Positions 39,440-53,900 of a DNA stretch of 64,000 bases are shown piece after piece. The first letter of the stretch is position 1. Every line of letters starts with the position of its first letter. The notes under the pieces were generated by a model. That model was not told where the DNA came from. It did not search any database and was given only the letters and a program-made list of their open reading frames with translations. The position numbers and the translations under genes are program-made. This DNA is from the human T2T-CHM13v2.0 reference genome, Homo sapiens: NCBI RefSeq assembly GCF_009914755.1, contig NC_060931.1; one strand, given 5' to 3'.

Positions 39440-42400
39440 TCATACTAGACTAAGAAGAGTTCTCAGTAACTTTTTTGTGTTGTGTGTATTCAACTCACAG
39501 AGTTGAAACTTGCTTTAGAGAGAGCAGATTTGAAACACTCTTGCTGTGGCATTTTCAGGTGGAGATTTCAAGCGATTTGAGGACAATTGCAGAAAAGGAA
39601 ATATCTTCGTATAATAACCAGACAGAATCATTCTCAAAAAGTGCTTTGTGATGTGTGCGTTCAACTCACAGAGTTTAACCTTTCTTTTCATAGAGGAGCT
39701 TGGAAACACACTGTTTGTAAAGTCTGCAATTGGATATATGGACCTGTTTGAGGCTTCCGTTGGAAACGGGATTTCTTCATTGAATGCTAGACGGAAGAAT
39801 TCTCAGTAAATTCTTTGTGTTGTGTGCATTCAACTCACAGAGTGGAACGTCCCTTTAGACAGAGCAGATTTGAAACACTCTTTTTGCGGAATTTGCAAGT
39901 GGAGATTTCTAGCCATTTGATGCCAACAGTAGAAAGGGAAATATCTTCAAATAAAAACCAGACAGAATCATTCTCAGAAAATTCTTTGTGATGTGTGCGT
40001 TCAACTCACATAGTTTAACCTTTCTTTTCATAGAGCAGTTTGGAAACACTCTGTTTGTAAAGTCTGCAAGTGGATATATGGACCGCATTGAGGCCTTCGT
40101 TGGAAACGGGATTTCTTCATTTCATGCTAGACAGAAGAATTCTCAGTAACTTCTTTGTGCTGTGTGTATTCAACTCACAGAGTGGAACGTCCCTTTGCAC
40201 AGAGCAGATTTGAAACACTCTTTTTGTGGAGTTTGCAAGTGGAGATTTCAAGCGATTTGATGCCAACAGTAGAAAAGGAAATATCTTCAAATAAAAACTA
40301 GACAGAATCATTCTCAGAAACTACTTTGTGATGTGTGCCTTCAACTCACAGAGTTTAACCTTTCTTTTCTTAGAGCAGTTTAGAAACACTCTGCTTGTTA
40401 TGTCTGCAAGTGGATATTTGGACCTCTTTGAGGCCTTCGTTGCAAACGGGGTTTCTTCCTTTAATGCTAGACTAAGAAGAGTTCTCAGTAACTTTTTTGT
40501 GTTGTGTGTATTCAACTCACAGAGTTGAACCTTGCTTTAGAGAGAGCAGATTTGAAACACTCTTGCTGTGGCATTTTCAGGTGGAGATTTCAAGCGATTT
40601 GAGGACAATTGCAGAAAAGGAAATATCTTCGTATAATAACCAGACAGAATCATTCTCAGAAAGTGCTTTGTGATGTGTGCGTTCAACTCACAGAGTTTAA
40701 CCTTTCTTTTCATAGAGGAGTTTGGAAACACACTGTTTGTAAAGTCTGCAATTGGATATATGGACCTGTTTGAGGCCTTCGTTGGAAACGGGATTTCTTC
40801 ATTGAATGCTAGACGGAAGAATTCTCAGTAAATTCTTTGTGTTGTGTGCATTCAACTCACAGAGTGGAACGTCCCTTTAGACAGAGCAGATTTGAAACAC
40901 TCTTTTTGCGGAATTTGCAAGTGGAGATTTCTAGCCATTTGATGCCAACAGTAGAAAGGGAAATATCTTCAAATAAAAACCAGACAGAATCATTCTCAGA
41001 AAATTCTTTGTGATGTGTGCGTTCAGCTCACATAGTTTAACCTTTCTTTTCATAGAGCAGTTTGGAAACACTCTGTTTGTAAAGTCTGCAAGTGGATATA
41101 TGGACCGCATTGAGGCCTTCGTTGGAAACGGGATTTCTTCATTTCATGCTAGACAGAAGAATTCTCAGTAACTTCTTTGTGCTGTGTGTATTCAACTCAC
41201 AGAGTGGAACGTCCCTTTGCACAGAGCAGATTTGAAACACTCTTTTTGTGGAGTTTGCAAGTGGAGATTTCAAGCGATTTGATGCCAACAGTAGGAAAGG
41301 AAATATCTTCAAATAAAAACTAGACAGAATCATTCTCAGAAACTACTTTGTGATGTGTGCCTTCAACTCACAGAGTTTAACCTTTCTTTTCTTAGAGCAG
41401 CTTAGAAACACTCTGCTTGTTATGTCTGCAAGTGGATATTTGGACCTCTTTGAGGCCTTCGTTGCAAACAGGGTTTCTTCCTTTAATGCTAGACTAAGAA
41501 GAGTTCTCAGTAACTTTTTTGTGTTGTGTGTATTCAACTCACAGAGTTGAACCTTGCTTTAGAGAGAGCAGATTTGAAACACTCTTGCTGTGGTATTTTC
41601 AGGTGGAGATTTCAAGCGATTTGAGGACAATTGCAGAAAAGGAAATATCTTCGTATAATAACCAGACAGAATCATTCTCAGAAAGTGCTTTGTGATGTGT
41701 GCGTTCAACTCACAGAGTTTAACCTTTCTTTTCATAGAGGAGTTTGGAAACACACTGTTTGTAAATTCTGCAATTGGATATATGGACCTGTTTGAGGCCT
41801 TCGTTGGAAACGGGATTTCTTCATTGAATGCTAGACGGAAGGAATCTCAGTAAATTCTTTGTGTTGTGTGCATTCAACTCACAGAGTGGAACGTCCCTTT
41901 AGACAGAGCAGATTTGAAACACTCTTTTTGCGGAATTTGCAAGTGGAGATTTCTAGCCATTTGATGCCAACAGTAGAAAGGGAAATATCTTCAAATAAAA
42001 ACCAGACAGAATCATTCTCAGAAAATTCTTTGTGATGTGTGCGTTCAACTCACATAGTTTAACCTTTCTTTTCATAGAGCAGTTTGGAAACACTCTGTTT
42101 GTAAAGTCTGCAAGTGGATATATGGACCGCATTGAGGCCTTCGTTGGAAACGGGATTTCTTCATTTCATGCTAGACAGAAGAATTCTCAGTAACTTCTTT
42201 GTGCTGTGTGTATTCAACTCACAGAGTGGAACGTCCCTTTGCACAGAGCAGATTTGAAACACTCTTTTTGTGGAGTTTGCAAGTGGAGATTTCAAGCGAT
42301 TTGATGCCAACAGTAGAAAAGGAAATATCTTCAAATAAAAACTAGACAGAATCATTCTCAGAAACTACTTTGTGATGTGTGCCTTCAACTCACAGAGTTT

Positions 42401-45400
42401 AACCTTTCTTTTCTTAGAGCAGTTTAGAAACACTCTGCTTGTTATGTCTGCAAGTGGATATTTGGACCTCTTTGAGGCCTTCGTTGCAAACGGGGTTTCT
42501 TCCTTTCATGCTAGACTAAGAAGAGTTCTCAGTAACTTTTTTGTGTTGTGTGTATTCAACTCACAGAGTTGAACCTTGCTTTAGAGAGAGCAGATTTGAA
42601 ACACTCTTGCTGTGGCATTTTCAGGTGGAGATTTCAAGCGATTTGAGGACAATTGCAGAAAAGGAAATATCTTCGTATAATAACCAGACAGAATCATTCT
42701 CAGAAAGTGCTTTGTGATGTGTGCGTTCAACTCACAGAGTTTAACCTTTCTTTTCATAGAGGAGTTTGGAAACACACTGTTTGTAAAGTCTGCAAGTGGA
42801 TACATGGACCTGTTTGAGGCCTTCGTTGGAAACGGGATTTCTTCATTGAATGCTAGACGGAAGAATTCTCAGTAAATTCTTTGTGTTGTGTGCATTCAAC
42901 TCACAGAGTGGAACGTCCCTTTAGACAGAGCAGATTTGAAACTCTCTTTTTGCGGAATTTGCAAGTGGAGATTTCTAGCCATTTGATGCCAACAGTAGAA
43001 AGGGAAATATCTTCAAATAAAAACCAGACAGAATCATTCTCAGAAAATTCTTTGTGATGTGTGCGTTCAACTCACATAGTTTAACCTTTCTTTTCATAGA
43101 GCAGTTTGGAAACACTCTGTTTGTAAAGTCTGCAAGTGGATATATGGACCGCATTGAGGCCTTCGTTGGAAACGGGATTTCTTCATTTCATGCTAGACAG
43201 AAGAATTCTCAGTAACTTCTTTGTGCTGTGTGTATTCAACTCACAGAGTGGAACGTCCCTTTACACAGAGCAGATTTGAAACACTCTTTTTGTGGAGTTT
43301 GCAAGTGGAGATTTCAAGCGATTTGATGCCAACAGTAGAAAAGGAAATATCTTCAAATAAAAACTAGACAGAATCATTCTCAGAAACTACTTTGTGATGT
43401 GTGACTTCAACTCACAGAGTTTAACCTTTCTTTTCTTAGAGCAGTTTAGAAACACTCTGCTTGTTATGTCTGCAAGTGGATATTTGGACCTCTTTGAGGC
43501 CTTCGTTGCAAACGGGGTTTCTTCCTTTCATGCTAGACTAAGAAGAGTTCTCAGTAACTTTTTTGTGTTGTGTGTATTCAACTCACAGAGTTGAACCTTG
43601 CTTTAGAGAGAGCAGATTTGAAACACTCTTGCTGTGGCATTTTCAGGTGGAGATTTCAAGCGATTTGAGGACAATTGCAGAAAAGGAAATATCTTCGTAT
43701 AATAACCAGACAGAATCATTCTCAGAAAGTGCTTTGTGATGTGTGCGTTCAACTCACAGAGTTTAACCTTTCTTTTCATAGAGGAGTTTGGAAACACACT
43801 GTTTGTAAAGTCTGCAAGTGGATATATGGACCTGTTTCAGGCCTTCGTTGGAAACGGGATTTCTTCATTGAATGCTAGACGGAAGAATTCTCAGTAAATT
43901 CTTTGTGTTGTGTGCATTCAACTCACAGAGTGGAACGTCCCTTTAGACAGAGCAGATTTGAAACACTCTTTTTGCGGAATTTGCAAGTGGAGATTTCTAG
44001 CCATTTGATGCCAACAGTAGAAAGGGAAATATCTTCAAATAAAAACCAGACAGAATCATTCTCAGAAAATTCTTTGTGATGTGTGCGTTCAACTCACATA
44101 GTTTAACCTTTCTTTTCATAGAGCAGTTTGGAAACACTCTGTTTGTAAAGTCTGCAAGTGGATATATGGACCGCATTGAGGCCTTCGTTGGAAACGGGAT
44201 TTCTTCATTTCATGCTAGACAGAAGAATTCTCAGTAACTTCTTTGTGCTGTGTGTATTCAACTCACAGAGTGGAACGTCCCTTTGCACAGAGCAGATTTG
44301 AAACACTCTTTTTGTGGAGTTTGCAAGTGGAGATTTCAAGCGATTTGATGCCAACAGTAGAAAAGGAAATATCTTCAAATAAAAACTAGACAGAATCATT
44401 CTCAGAAACTACTTTGTGATGTGTGCCTTCAACTCACAGAGTTCAACCTTTCTTTTCTTAGAGCAGTTTAGAAACACTCTGCTTGTTATGTCTGCAAGTG
44501 GATATTTGGACCTCTTTGAGGCCTTCGTTGCAAACGGGGTTTCTTCCTTTCATGCTAGACTAAGAAGAGTTCTCAGTAACTTTTTTGTGTTGTGTGTATT
44601 CAACTCACAGAGTTGAACCTTGCTTTAGAGAGAGCAGATTTGAAACACTCTTGCTGTGGAATTTTCAGGTGGAGATTTCAAGCGATTTGAGGACAATTGC
44701 AGAAAAGGAAATATCTTCGTATAATAACCAGACAGAATCATTCTCAGAAAGTGCTTTGTGATGTGTGCGTTCCACTCACAGAGTTTAACCTTTCTTTTCA
44801 TAGAGGAGTTTGGAAACACACTGTTTGTAAAGTCTGCAATTGGATATATGGACCTGTTTGAGGCCTTCGTTGGAAACGGGATTTCTTCATTGAATGCTAG
44901 ACGGAAGAATTCTCAGTAAATTCTTTGTGTTGTGTGCATTCAACTCACAGAGTGGAACGTCCCTTTAGACAGAGTAGATTTGAAACACTCTTTTTGCGGA
45001 ATTTGCAAGTGGAGATTTCTAACCATTTGATGCCAACAGTAGAAAGGGAAATATCTTCAAATAAAAACCAGACAGAATCATTCTCAGAAAATTCTTTGTG
45101 ATGTGTGCGTTCAACTCACATAGTTTAACCTTTCTTTTCATAGAGCAGTTTGGAAACACTCTGTTTGTAAAGTCTGCAAGTGGATATATGGACCGCATTG
45201 AGGCCTTCGTTGGAAACGGGATTTCTTCATTTCATGCTAGACAGAAGAATTCTCAGTAACTTCTTTGTGCTGTGTGTATTCAACTCACAGAGTGGAACAT
45301 CCCTTTGCACAGAGCAGATTTGAAACACTCTTTTTGTGGAGTTTGCAAGTGGAGATTTCAAGCGATTAGATGCCAACAGTAGAAAAGGAAATATCTTCAA

Positions 45401-48400
45401 ATAAAAACTAGACAGAATCATTCTCAGAAACTACTTTGTGATGTGTGCCTTCAACTCACAGAGTTTAACCTTTCTTTTCTTAGAGCAGTTTAGAAACACT
45501 CTGCTTGTTATGTCTGCAAGTGGATATTTGGACCTCTTTGAGGCCTTCGTTGCAAACGGGGTTTCTTCCTTTCATACTAGACTAAGAAGAGTTCTCAGTA
45601 ACTTTTTTGTGTTGTGTGTATTCAACTCACAGAGTTGAAACTTGCTTTAGAGAGAGCAGATTTGAAACACTCTTGCTGTGGCATTTTCAGGTGGAGATTT
45701 CAAGCGATTTGAGGACAATTGCAGAAAAGGAAATATCTTCGTATAATAACCAGACAGAATCATTCTCAAAAAGTGCTTTGTGATGTGTGCGTTCAACTCA
45801 CAGAGTTTAACCTTTCTTTTCATAGAGGAGCTTGGAAACACCCTGTTTGTAAAGTCTGCAAGTGGATATATGGACCTGTTTGAGGCCTTCGTTGGAAACG
45901 GGATTTCTTCATTGAATGCTAGACGGAAGAATTCTCAGTAAATTCTTTGTGTTGTGTGCATTCAACTCACAGAGTGGAACGTCCCTTTAGACAGAGCAGA
46001 TTTGAAACACTCTTTTTGCGGAATTTGCAAGTGGAGATTTCTAGCCATTTGATGCCAACAGTAGAAAGGGAAATATCTTCAAATAAAAACCAGACAGAAT
46101 CATTCTCAGAAAATTCTTTGTGATGTGTGCGTTCAACTCACATAGTTTAACCTTTCTTTTCATAGAGCAGTTTGGAAACACTCTGTTTGTAAAGTCTGCA
46201 AGTGGATATATGGACCGCATTGAGGCCTTCGTTGGAAACGGGATTTCTTCATTTCATGCTAGACAGAAGAATTCTCAGTAACTTCTTTGTGCTGTGTGTA
46301 TTCAACTCACAGAGTGGAACGTCCCTTTGCACAGAGCAGATTTGAAACACTCTTTTTGTGGAGTTTGCAAGTGGAGATTTCAAGCGATTTGATGCCAACA
46401 GTAGAAAAGGAAATATCTTCAAATAAAAACTAGACAGAATCATTCTCAGAAACTACTTTGTGATGTGTGCCTTCAACTCACAGAGTTTAACCTTTCTTTT
46501 CTTAGAGCAGTTTAGAAACACTCTGCTTGTTATGTCTGCAAGTGGATATTTGGACCTCTTTGAGGCCTTCGTTGCAAACGGGGTTTCTTCCTTTCATGCT
46601 AGACTAAGAAGAGTTCTCAGTAACTTTTTTGTGTTGTGTGTATTCAACTCACAGAGTTGAACCTTGCTTTAGAGAGAGCAGATTTGAAACACTCTTGCTG
46701 TGGAATTTTCAGGTGGAGATTTCAAGCGATTTGAGGACAATTGCAGAAAAGGAAATATCTTCGTATAATAACCAGACAGAATCATTCTCAGAAAGTGCTT
46801 TGTGATGTGTGCGTTCAACTCACAGAGTTTAACCTTTCTTTTCATAGAGGAGTTTGGAAACACACTGTTTGTAAAGTCTGCAATTGGATATATGGACCTG
46901 TTTGAGGCCTTCGTTGGAAACGGGATTTCTTCATTGAATGCTAGACGGAAGAATTCTCAGTAAATTCTTTGTGTTGTGTGCATTCAACTCACAGAGTGGA
47001 ACGTCCCTTTAGACAGAGCAGATTTGAAACACTCTTTTTGCGGAATTTGCAAGTGGAGATTTCTAGCCATTTGATGCCAACAGTAGAAAGGGAAATATCT
47101 TCAAATAAAAACCAGACAGAATCATTCTCAGAAAATTCTTTGTGATGTGTGCGTTCAGCTCACATAGTTTAACCTTTCTTTTCATAGAGCAGTTTGGAAA
47201 CACTCTGTTTGTAAAGTCTGCAAGTGGATATATGGACCGCATTGAGGCCTTCGTTGGAAACGGGATTTCTTCATTTCATGCTAGACAGAAGAATTCTCAG
47301 TAACTTCTTTGTGCTGTGTGTATTCAACTCACAGAGTGGAACGTCCCTTTGCACAGAGCAGATTTGAAACACTCTTTTTGTGGAGTTTGCAAGTGGAGAT
47401 TTCAAGCGATTTGATGCCAACAGTAGGAAAGGAAATATCTTCAAATAAAAACTAGACAGAATCATTCTCAGAAACTACTTTGTGATGTGTGCCTTCAACT
47501 CACAGAGTTTAACCTTTCTTTTCTTAGAGCAGCTTAGAAACACTCTGCTTGTTATGTCTGCAAGTGGATATTTGGACCTCTTTGAGGCCTTCGTTGCAAA
47601 CAGGGTTTCTTCCTTTAATGCTAGACTAAGAAGAGTTCTCAGTAACTTTTTTGTGTTGTGTGTATTCAACTCACAGAGTTGAACCTTGCTTTAGAGAGAG
47701 CAGATTTGAAACACTCTTGCTGTGGTATTTTCAGGTGGAGATTTCAAGCGATTTGAGGACAATTGCAGAAAAGGAAATATCTTCGTATAATAACCAGACA
47801 GAATCATTCTCAGAAAGTGCTTTGTGATGTGTGCGTTCAACTCACAGAGTTTAACCTTTCTTTTCATAGAGGAGTTTGGAAACACACTGTTTGTAAAGTC
47901 TGCAATTGGATATATGGACCTGTTTGAGGCCTTCGTTGGAAACGGGATTTCTTCATTGAATGCTAGACGGAAGGAATCTCAGTAAATTCTTTGTGTTGTG
48001 TGCATTCAACTCACAGAGTGGAACGTCCCTTTAGACAGAGCAGATTTGAAACACTCTTTTTGCGGAATTTGCAAGTGGAGATTTCTAGCCATTTGATGCC
48101 AACAGTAGAAAGGGAAATATCTTCAAATAAAAACCAGACAGAATCATTCTCAGAAAATTCTTTGTGATGTGTGCGTTCAACTCACATAGTTTAACCTTTC
48201 TTTTCATAGAGCAGTTTGGAAACACTCTGTTTGTAAAGTCTGCAAGTGGATATATGGACCGCATTGAGGCCTTCGTTGGAAACGGGATTTCTTCATTTCA
48301 TGCTAGACAGAAGAATTCTCAGTAACTTCTTTGTGCTGTGTGTATTCAACTCACAGAGTGGAACGTCCCTTTGCACAGAGCAGATTTGAAACACTCTTTT

Positions 48401-50900
48401 TGTGGAGTTTGCAAGTGGAGATTTCAAGCGATTTGATGCCAACAGTAGAAAAGGAAATATCTTCAAATAAAAACTAGACAGAATCATTCTCAGAAACTAC
48501 TTTGTGATGTGTGCCTTCAACTCACAGAGTTTAACCTTTCTTTTCTTAGAGCAGTTTAGAAACACTCTGCTTGTTATGTCTGCAAGTGGATATTTGGACC
48601 TCTTTGAGGCCTTCGTTGCAAACGGGGTTTCTTCCTTTCATGCTAGACTAAGAAGAGTTCTCAGTAACTTTTTTGTGTTGTGTGTATTCAACTCACAGAG
48701 TTGAACCTTGCTTTAGAGAGAGCAGATTTGAAACACTCTTGCTGTGGCATTTTCAGGTGGAGATTTCAAGCGATTTGAGGACAATTGCAGAAAAGGAAAT
48801 ATCTTCGTATAATAACCAGACAGAATCATTCTCAGAAAGTGCTTTGTGATGTGTGCGTTCAACTCACAGAGTTTAACCTTTCTTTTCATAGAGGAGTTTG
48901 GAAACACACTGTTTGTAAAGTCTGCAAGTGGATACATGGACCTGTTTGAGGACTTCGTTGGAAACGGGATTTCTTCATTGAATGCTAGACGGAAGAATTC
49001 TCAGTAAATTCTTTGTGTTGTGTGCATTCAACTCACAGAGTGGAACGTCCCTTTAGACAGAGCAGATTTGAAACTCTCTTTTTGCGGAATTTGCAAGTGG
49101 AGATTTCTAGCCATTTGATGCCAACAGTAGAAAGGGAAATATCTTCAAATAAAAACCAGACAGAATCATTCTCAGAAAATTCTTTGTGATGTGTGCGTTC
49201 AACTCACATAGTTTAACCTTTCTTTTCATAGAGCAGTTTGGAAACACTCTGTTTGTAAAGTCTGCAAGTGGATATATGGACCGCATTGAGGCCTTCGTTG
49301 GAAACGGGATTTCTTCATTTCATGCTAGACAGAAGAATTCTCAGTAACTTCTTTGTGCTGTGTGTATTCAACTCACAGAGTGGAACGTCCCTTTACACAG
49401 AGCAGATTTGAAACACTCTTTTTGTGGAGTTTGCAAGTGGAGATTTCAAGCGATTTGATGCCAACAGTAGAAAAGGAAATATCTTCAAATAAAAACTAGA
49501 CAGAATCATTCTCAGAAACTACTTTGTGATGTGTGCCTTCAACTCACAGAGTTTAACCTTTCTTTTCTTAGAGCAGTTTAGAAACACTCTGCTTGTTATG
49601 TCTGCAAGTGGATATTTGGACCTCTTTGAGGCCTTCGTTGCAAACGGGGTTTCTTCCTTTCATGCTAGACTAAGAAGAGTTCTCAGTAACTTTTTTGTGT
49701 TGTGTGTATTCAACTCACAGAGTTGAACCTTGCTTTAGAGAGAGCAGATTTGAAACACTCTTGCTGTGGCATTTTCAGGTGGAGATTTCAAGCGATTTGA
49801 GGACAATTGCAGAAAAGGAAATATCTTCGTATAATAACCAGACAGAATCATTCTCAGAAAGTGCTTTGTGATGTGTGCGTTCAACTCACAGAGTTTAACC
49901 TTTCTTTTCATAGAGGAGTTTGGAAACACACTGTTTGTAAAGTCTGCAAGTGGATATATGGACCTGTTTCAGGCCTTCGTTGGAAACGGGATTTCTTCAT
50001 TGAATGCTAGACGGAAGAATTCTCAGTAAATTCTTTGTGTTGTGTGCATTCAACTCACAGAGTGGAACGTCCCTTTAGACAGAGCAGATTTGAAACACTC
50101 TTTTTGCGGAATTTGCAAGTGGAGATTTCTAGCCATTTGATGCCAACAGTAGAAAGGGAAATATCTTCAAATAAAAACCAGACAGAATCATTCTCAGAAA
50201 ATTCTTTGTGATGTGTGCGTTCAACTCACATAGTTTAACCTTTCTTTTCATAGAGCAGTTTGGAAACACTCTGTTTGTAAAGTCTGCAAGTGGATATATG
50301 GACCGCATTGAGGCCTTCGTTGGAAACGGGATTTCTTCATTTCATGCTAGACAGAAGAATTCTCAGTAACTTCTTTGTGCTGTGTGTATTCAACTCACAG
50401 AGTGGAACGTCCCTTTGCACAGAGCAGATTTGAAACACTCTTTTTGTGGAGTTTGCAAGTGGAGATTTCAAGCGATTTGATGCCAACAGTAGAAAAGGAA
50501 ATATCTTCAAATAAAAACTAGACAGAATCATTCTCAGAAACTACTTTGTGATGTGTGCCTTCAACTCACAGAGTTCAACCTTTCTTTTCTTAGAGCAGTT
50601 TAGAAACACTCTGCTTGTTATGTCTGCAAGTGGATATTTGGACCTCTTTGAGGCCTTCGTTGCAAACGGGGTTTCTTCCTTTCATGCTAGACTAAGAAGA
50701 GTTCTCAGTAACTTTTTTGTGTTGTGTGTATTCAACTCACAGAGTTGAACCTTGCTTTAGAGAGAGCAGATTTGAAACACTCTTGCTGTGGAATTTTCAG
50801 GTGGAGATTTCAAGCGATTTGAGGACAATTGCAGAAAAGGAAATATCTTCGTATAATAACCAGACAGAATCATTCTCAGAAAGTGCTTTGTGATGTGTGC
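39440..50900 (+). repeat. Tandem duplication of a 6-HOR block (period 6132 bp)
   Basis: Rare variants repeat at +6132: CATACTAGACTAAG 39444/45576, AAACAGGG 41470/47602, TGTTTCAGG 43838/49970, GAGTTCAACC 44444/50576. Boundaries are approximate. Confidence 0.85.
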
Positions 50901-53900
50901 GTTCAACTCACAGAGTTTAACCTTTCTTTTCATAGAGGAGCTTGGAAACACACTGTTGGTAAAGTCTGCAATTGGATATATGGACCTGTTTGAGGCTTCC
51001 GTTGGAAACGGGATTTCTTCATTGAATGCTAGACGGAAGAATTCTCAGTAAATTCTTTGTGTTGTGTGCATTCAACTCACAGAGTGGAACGTCCCTTTAG
51101 ACAGAGCAGATTTGAAACACTCTTTTTGCGGAATTTGCAAGTGGAGATTTCTAGCCATTTGATGCCAACAGTAGAAAGGGAAATATCTTCAAATAAAAAC
51201 CAGACAGAATCATTCTCAGAAAATTCTTTGTGATGTGTGCGTTCAACTCACATAGTTTAACCTTTCTTTTCATAGAGCAGTTTGGAAACACTCTGTTTGT
51301 AAAGTCTGCAAGTGGATATATGGACCGCATTGAGGCCTTCGTTGGAAACGGGATTTCTTCATTTCATGCTAGACAGAAGAATTCTCAGTAACTTCTTTGT
51401 GCTGTGTGTATTCAACTCACAGAGTGGAACGTCCCTTTGCACAGAGCAGATTTGAAACACTCTTTTTGTGGAGTTTGCAAGTGGAGATTTCAAGCGATTT
51501 GATGCCAACAGTAGAAAAGGAAATATCTTCAAATAAAAACTAGACAGAATCATTCTCAGAAACTACTTTGTGATGTGTGCCTTCAACTCACAGAGTTTAA
51601 CCTTTCTTTTCTTAGAGCAGTTTAGAAACACTCTGCTTGTTATGTCTGCAAGTGGATATTTGGACCTCTTTGAGGCCTTCGTTGCAAACGGGGTTTCTTC
51701 CTTTAATGCTAGACTAAGAAGAGTTCTCAGTAACTTTTTTGTGTTGTGTGTATTCAACTCACAGAGTTGAACCTTGCTTTAGAGAGAGCAGATTTGAAAC
51801 ACTCTTGCTGTGGAATTTTCAGGTGGAGATTTCAAGCGATTTGAGGACAATTGCAGAAAAGGAAATATCTTCGTATAAAAACCAGACAGAATCATTCTCA
51901 GAAAGTGCTTTGTGATGTGTGCGTTCAACTCACAGAGTTTAACCTTTCTTTTCATAGAGGAGTTTGGAAACACACTGTTTGTAAAGTCTGCAAGTGGATA
52001 TATGGACCTGTTTGAGGCCTTCGTTGGAAACGGGATTTCTTCATTGAATGCTAGACGGAAGAATTCTCAGTAAATTCTTTGTGTTGTGTGCATTCAACTC
52101 ACAGAGTGGAACGTCCCTTTAGACAGAGCAGATTTGAAACACTCTTTTTGCGGAATTTGCAAGTGGAGATTTCTAGCCATTTGATGCCAACAGTAGAAAG
52201 GGAAATATCTTCAAATAAAAACCAGACAGAATCATTCTCAGAAAATTCTTTGGAATGTGTGCGTTCAACTCACATAGTTTAACCTTTCTTTTCATAGAGC
52301 AGTTTGGAAACACTCTGTTTGTAAAGTCTGCAAGTGGATATATGGACCGCATTGAGGCCTTCGTTGGAAACGGGATTTCTTCATTTCATGCTAGACAGAA
52401 GAATTCTCAGTAACTTCTTTGTGCTGTGTGTATTCAACTCACAGAGTGGAACGTCCCTTTGCACAGAGCAGATTTGAAACACTCTTTTTGTGGAGTTTGC
52501 AAGTGGAGATTTCAAGCGATTTGATGCCAACAGTAGAAAAGGAAATATCTTCAAATAAAAACTAGACAGAATCATTCTCAGAAACTACTTTGTGATGTGT
52601 GCCTTCAACTCACAGAGTTTAACCTTTCTTTTCTTAGAGCAGTTTAGAAACACTCTGCTTGTTATGTCTGCAAGTGGATATTTGGACCTCTTTGAGGCCT
52701 TCGTTGCAAACGGGGTTTCTTCCTTTAATGCTAGACTAAGAAGAGTTCTCAGTAACTTTTTTGTGTTGTGTGTATTCAACTCACAGAGTTGAACCTTGCT
52801 TTAGAGAGAGCAGATTTGAAACACTCTTGCTGTGGAATTTTCAGGTGGAGATTTCAAGCGATTTGAGGACAATGGCAGAAAAGGAAATATCTTCGTATAA
52901 TAACCAGACAGAATCATTCTCAGAAAGTGCTTTGTGATGTGTGCGTTCAACTCACAGAATTTAACCTTTCTTTTCATAGAGGAGCTTGGAAACACACTGT
53001 AAAGTCTGCAATTGGATATATGGACCTGTTTGAGGCCTCCGTTGGAAACGGGATTTCTTCATTGAATGCTAGACTGAAGAATTCTCAGTAAATTCTTTGT
53101 GTTGTGTGCATTGAACTCACAGAGTGGAACGTCCCTTTAGACAGAGCAGATTTGAAACACTCTTTTTGCGGAATTTGCAAGTGGAGATTTCTAGCCATTT
53201 GATGTCAACAGTAGAAAGGGAAATATCTTCAAATAAAAACCAGACAGAATCATTCTCAGAAAATTCTTTGTGATGTGTGCTTTCAACTCACATAGTTTAA
53301 CCTTTCTTTTCATAGAGCAGTTTGGAAACACTCTGTTTGTAAAGTCTGCAAGTGGATATATGGACCGCATTGAGGCCTTCGTTGGAAACGGGATTTCTTC
53401 ATTTCATGCTAGACAGAAGAATTCTCAGTAACTTCTTTGTGCTGTGTGTATTCAACTCACAGAGTGGAACGTCCCTTTGCACAGAGCAGATTTGAAACAC
53501 TCTTTTTGTGGAGTTTACAAGTGGAGATTTCAAGCGATTTGAGGCCAACAGTAGAAAAGGAAATATCTTCAAATAAAAACTAGACAGAATCATTCTCAGA
53601 AACTACTTTGTGATGTGTGCCTTCAACTCACAGAGTTTAACCTTTCTTTTCTTAGAGCAGTTTAGAAACACTCTGCTTGTTATGTCTGCAAGTGGATATT
53701 TGGACCTCTTTGAGGCCTTCGTTGCAAACGGGGTTTCTTCCTTTAATGCTAGACTAAGAAGAGTTCTCAGTAACTTTTTTGTGTTGTGTGTATTCAACTC
53801 ACAGAGTTGAACCTTGCTTTAGAGAGAGCAGATTTGAAACACTCTTGCTGTGGCATTTTCAGGTGGAGATTTCAAGCGATTTGAGGACAATTGCAGAAAA

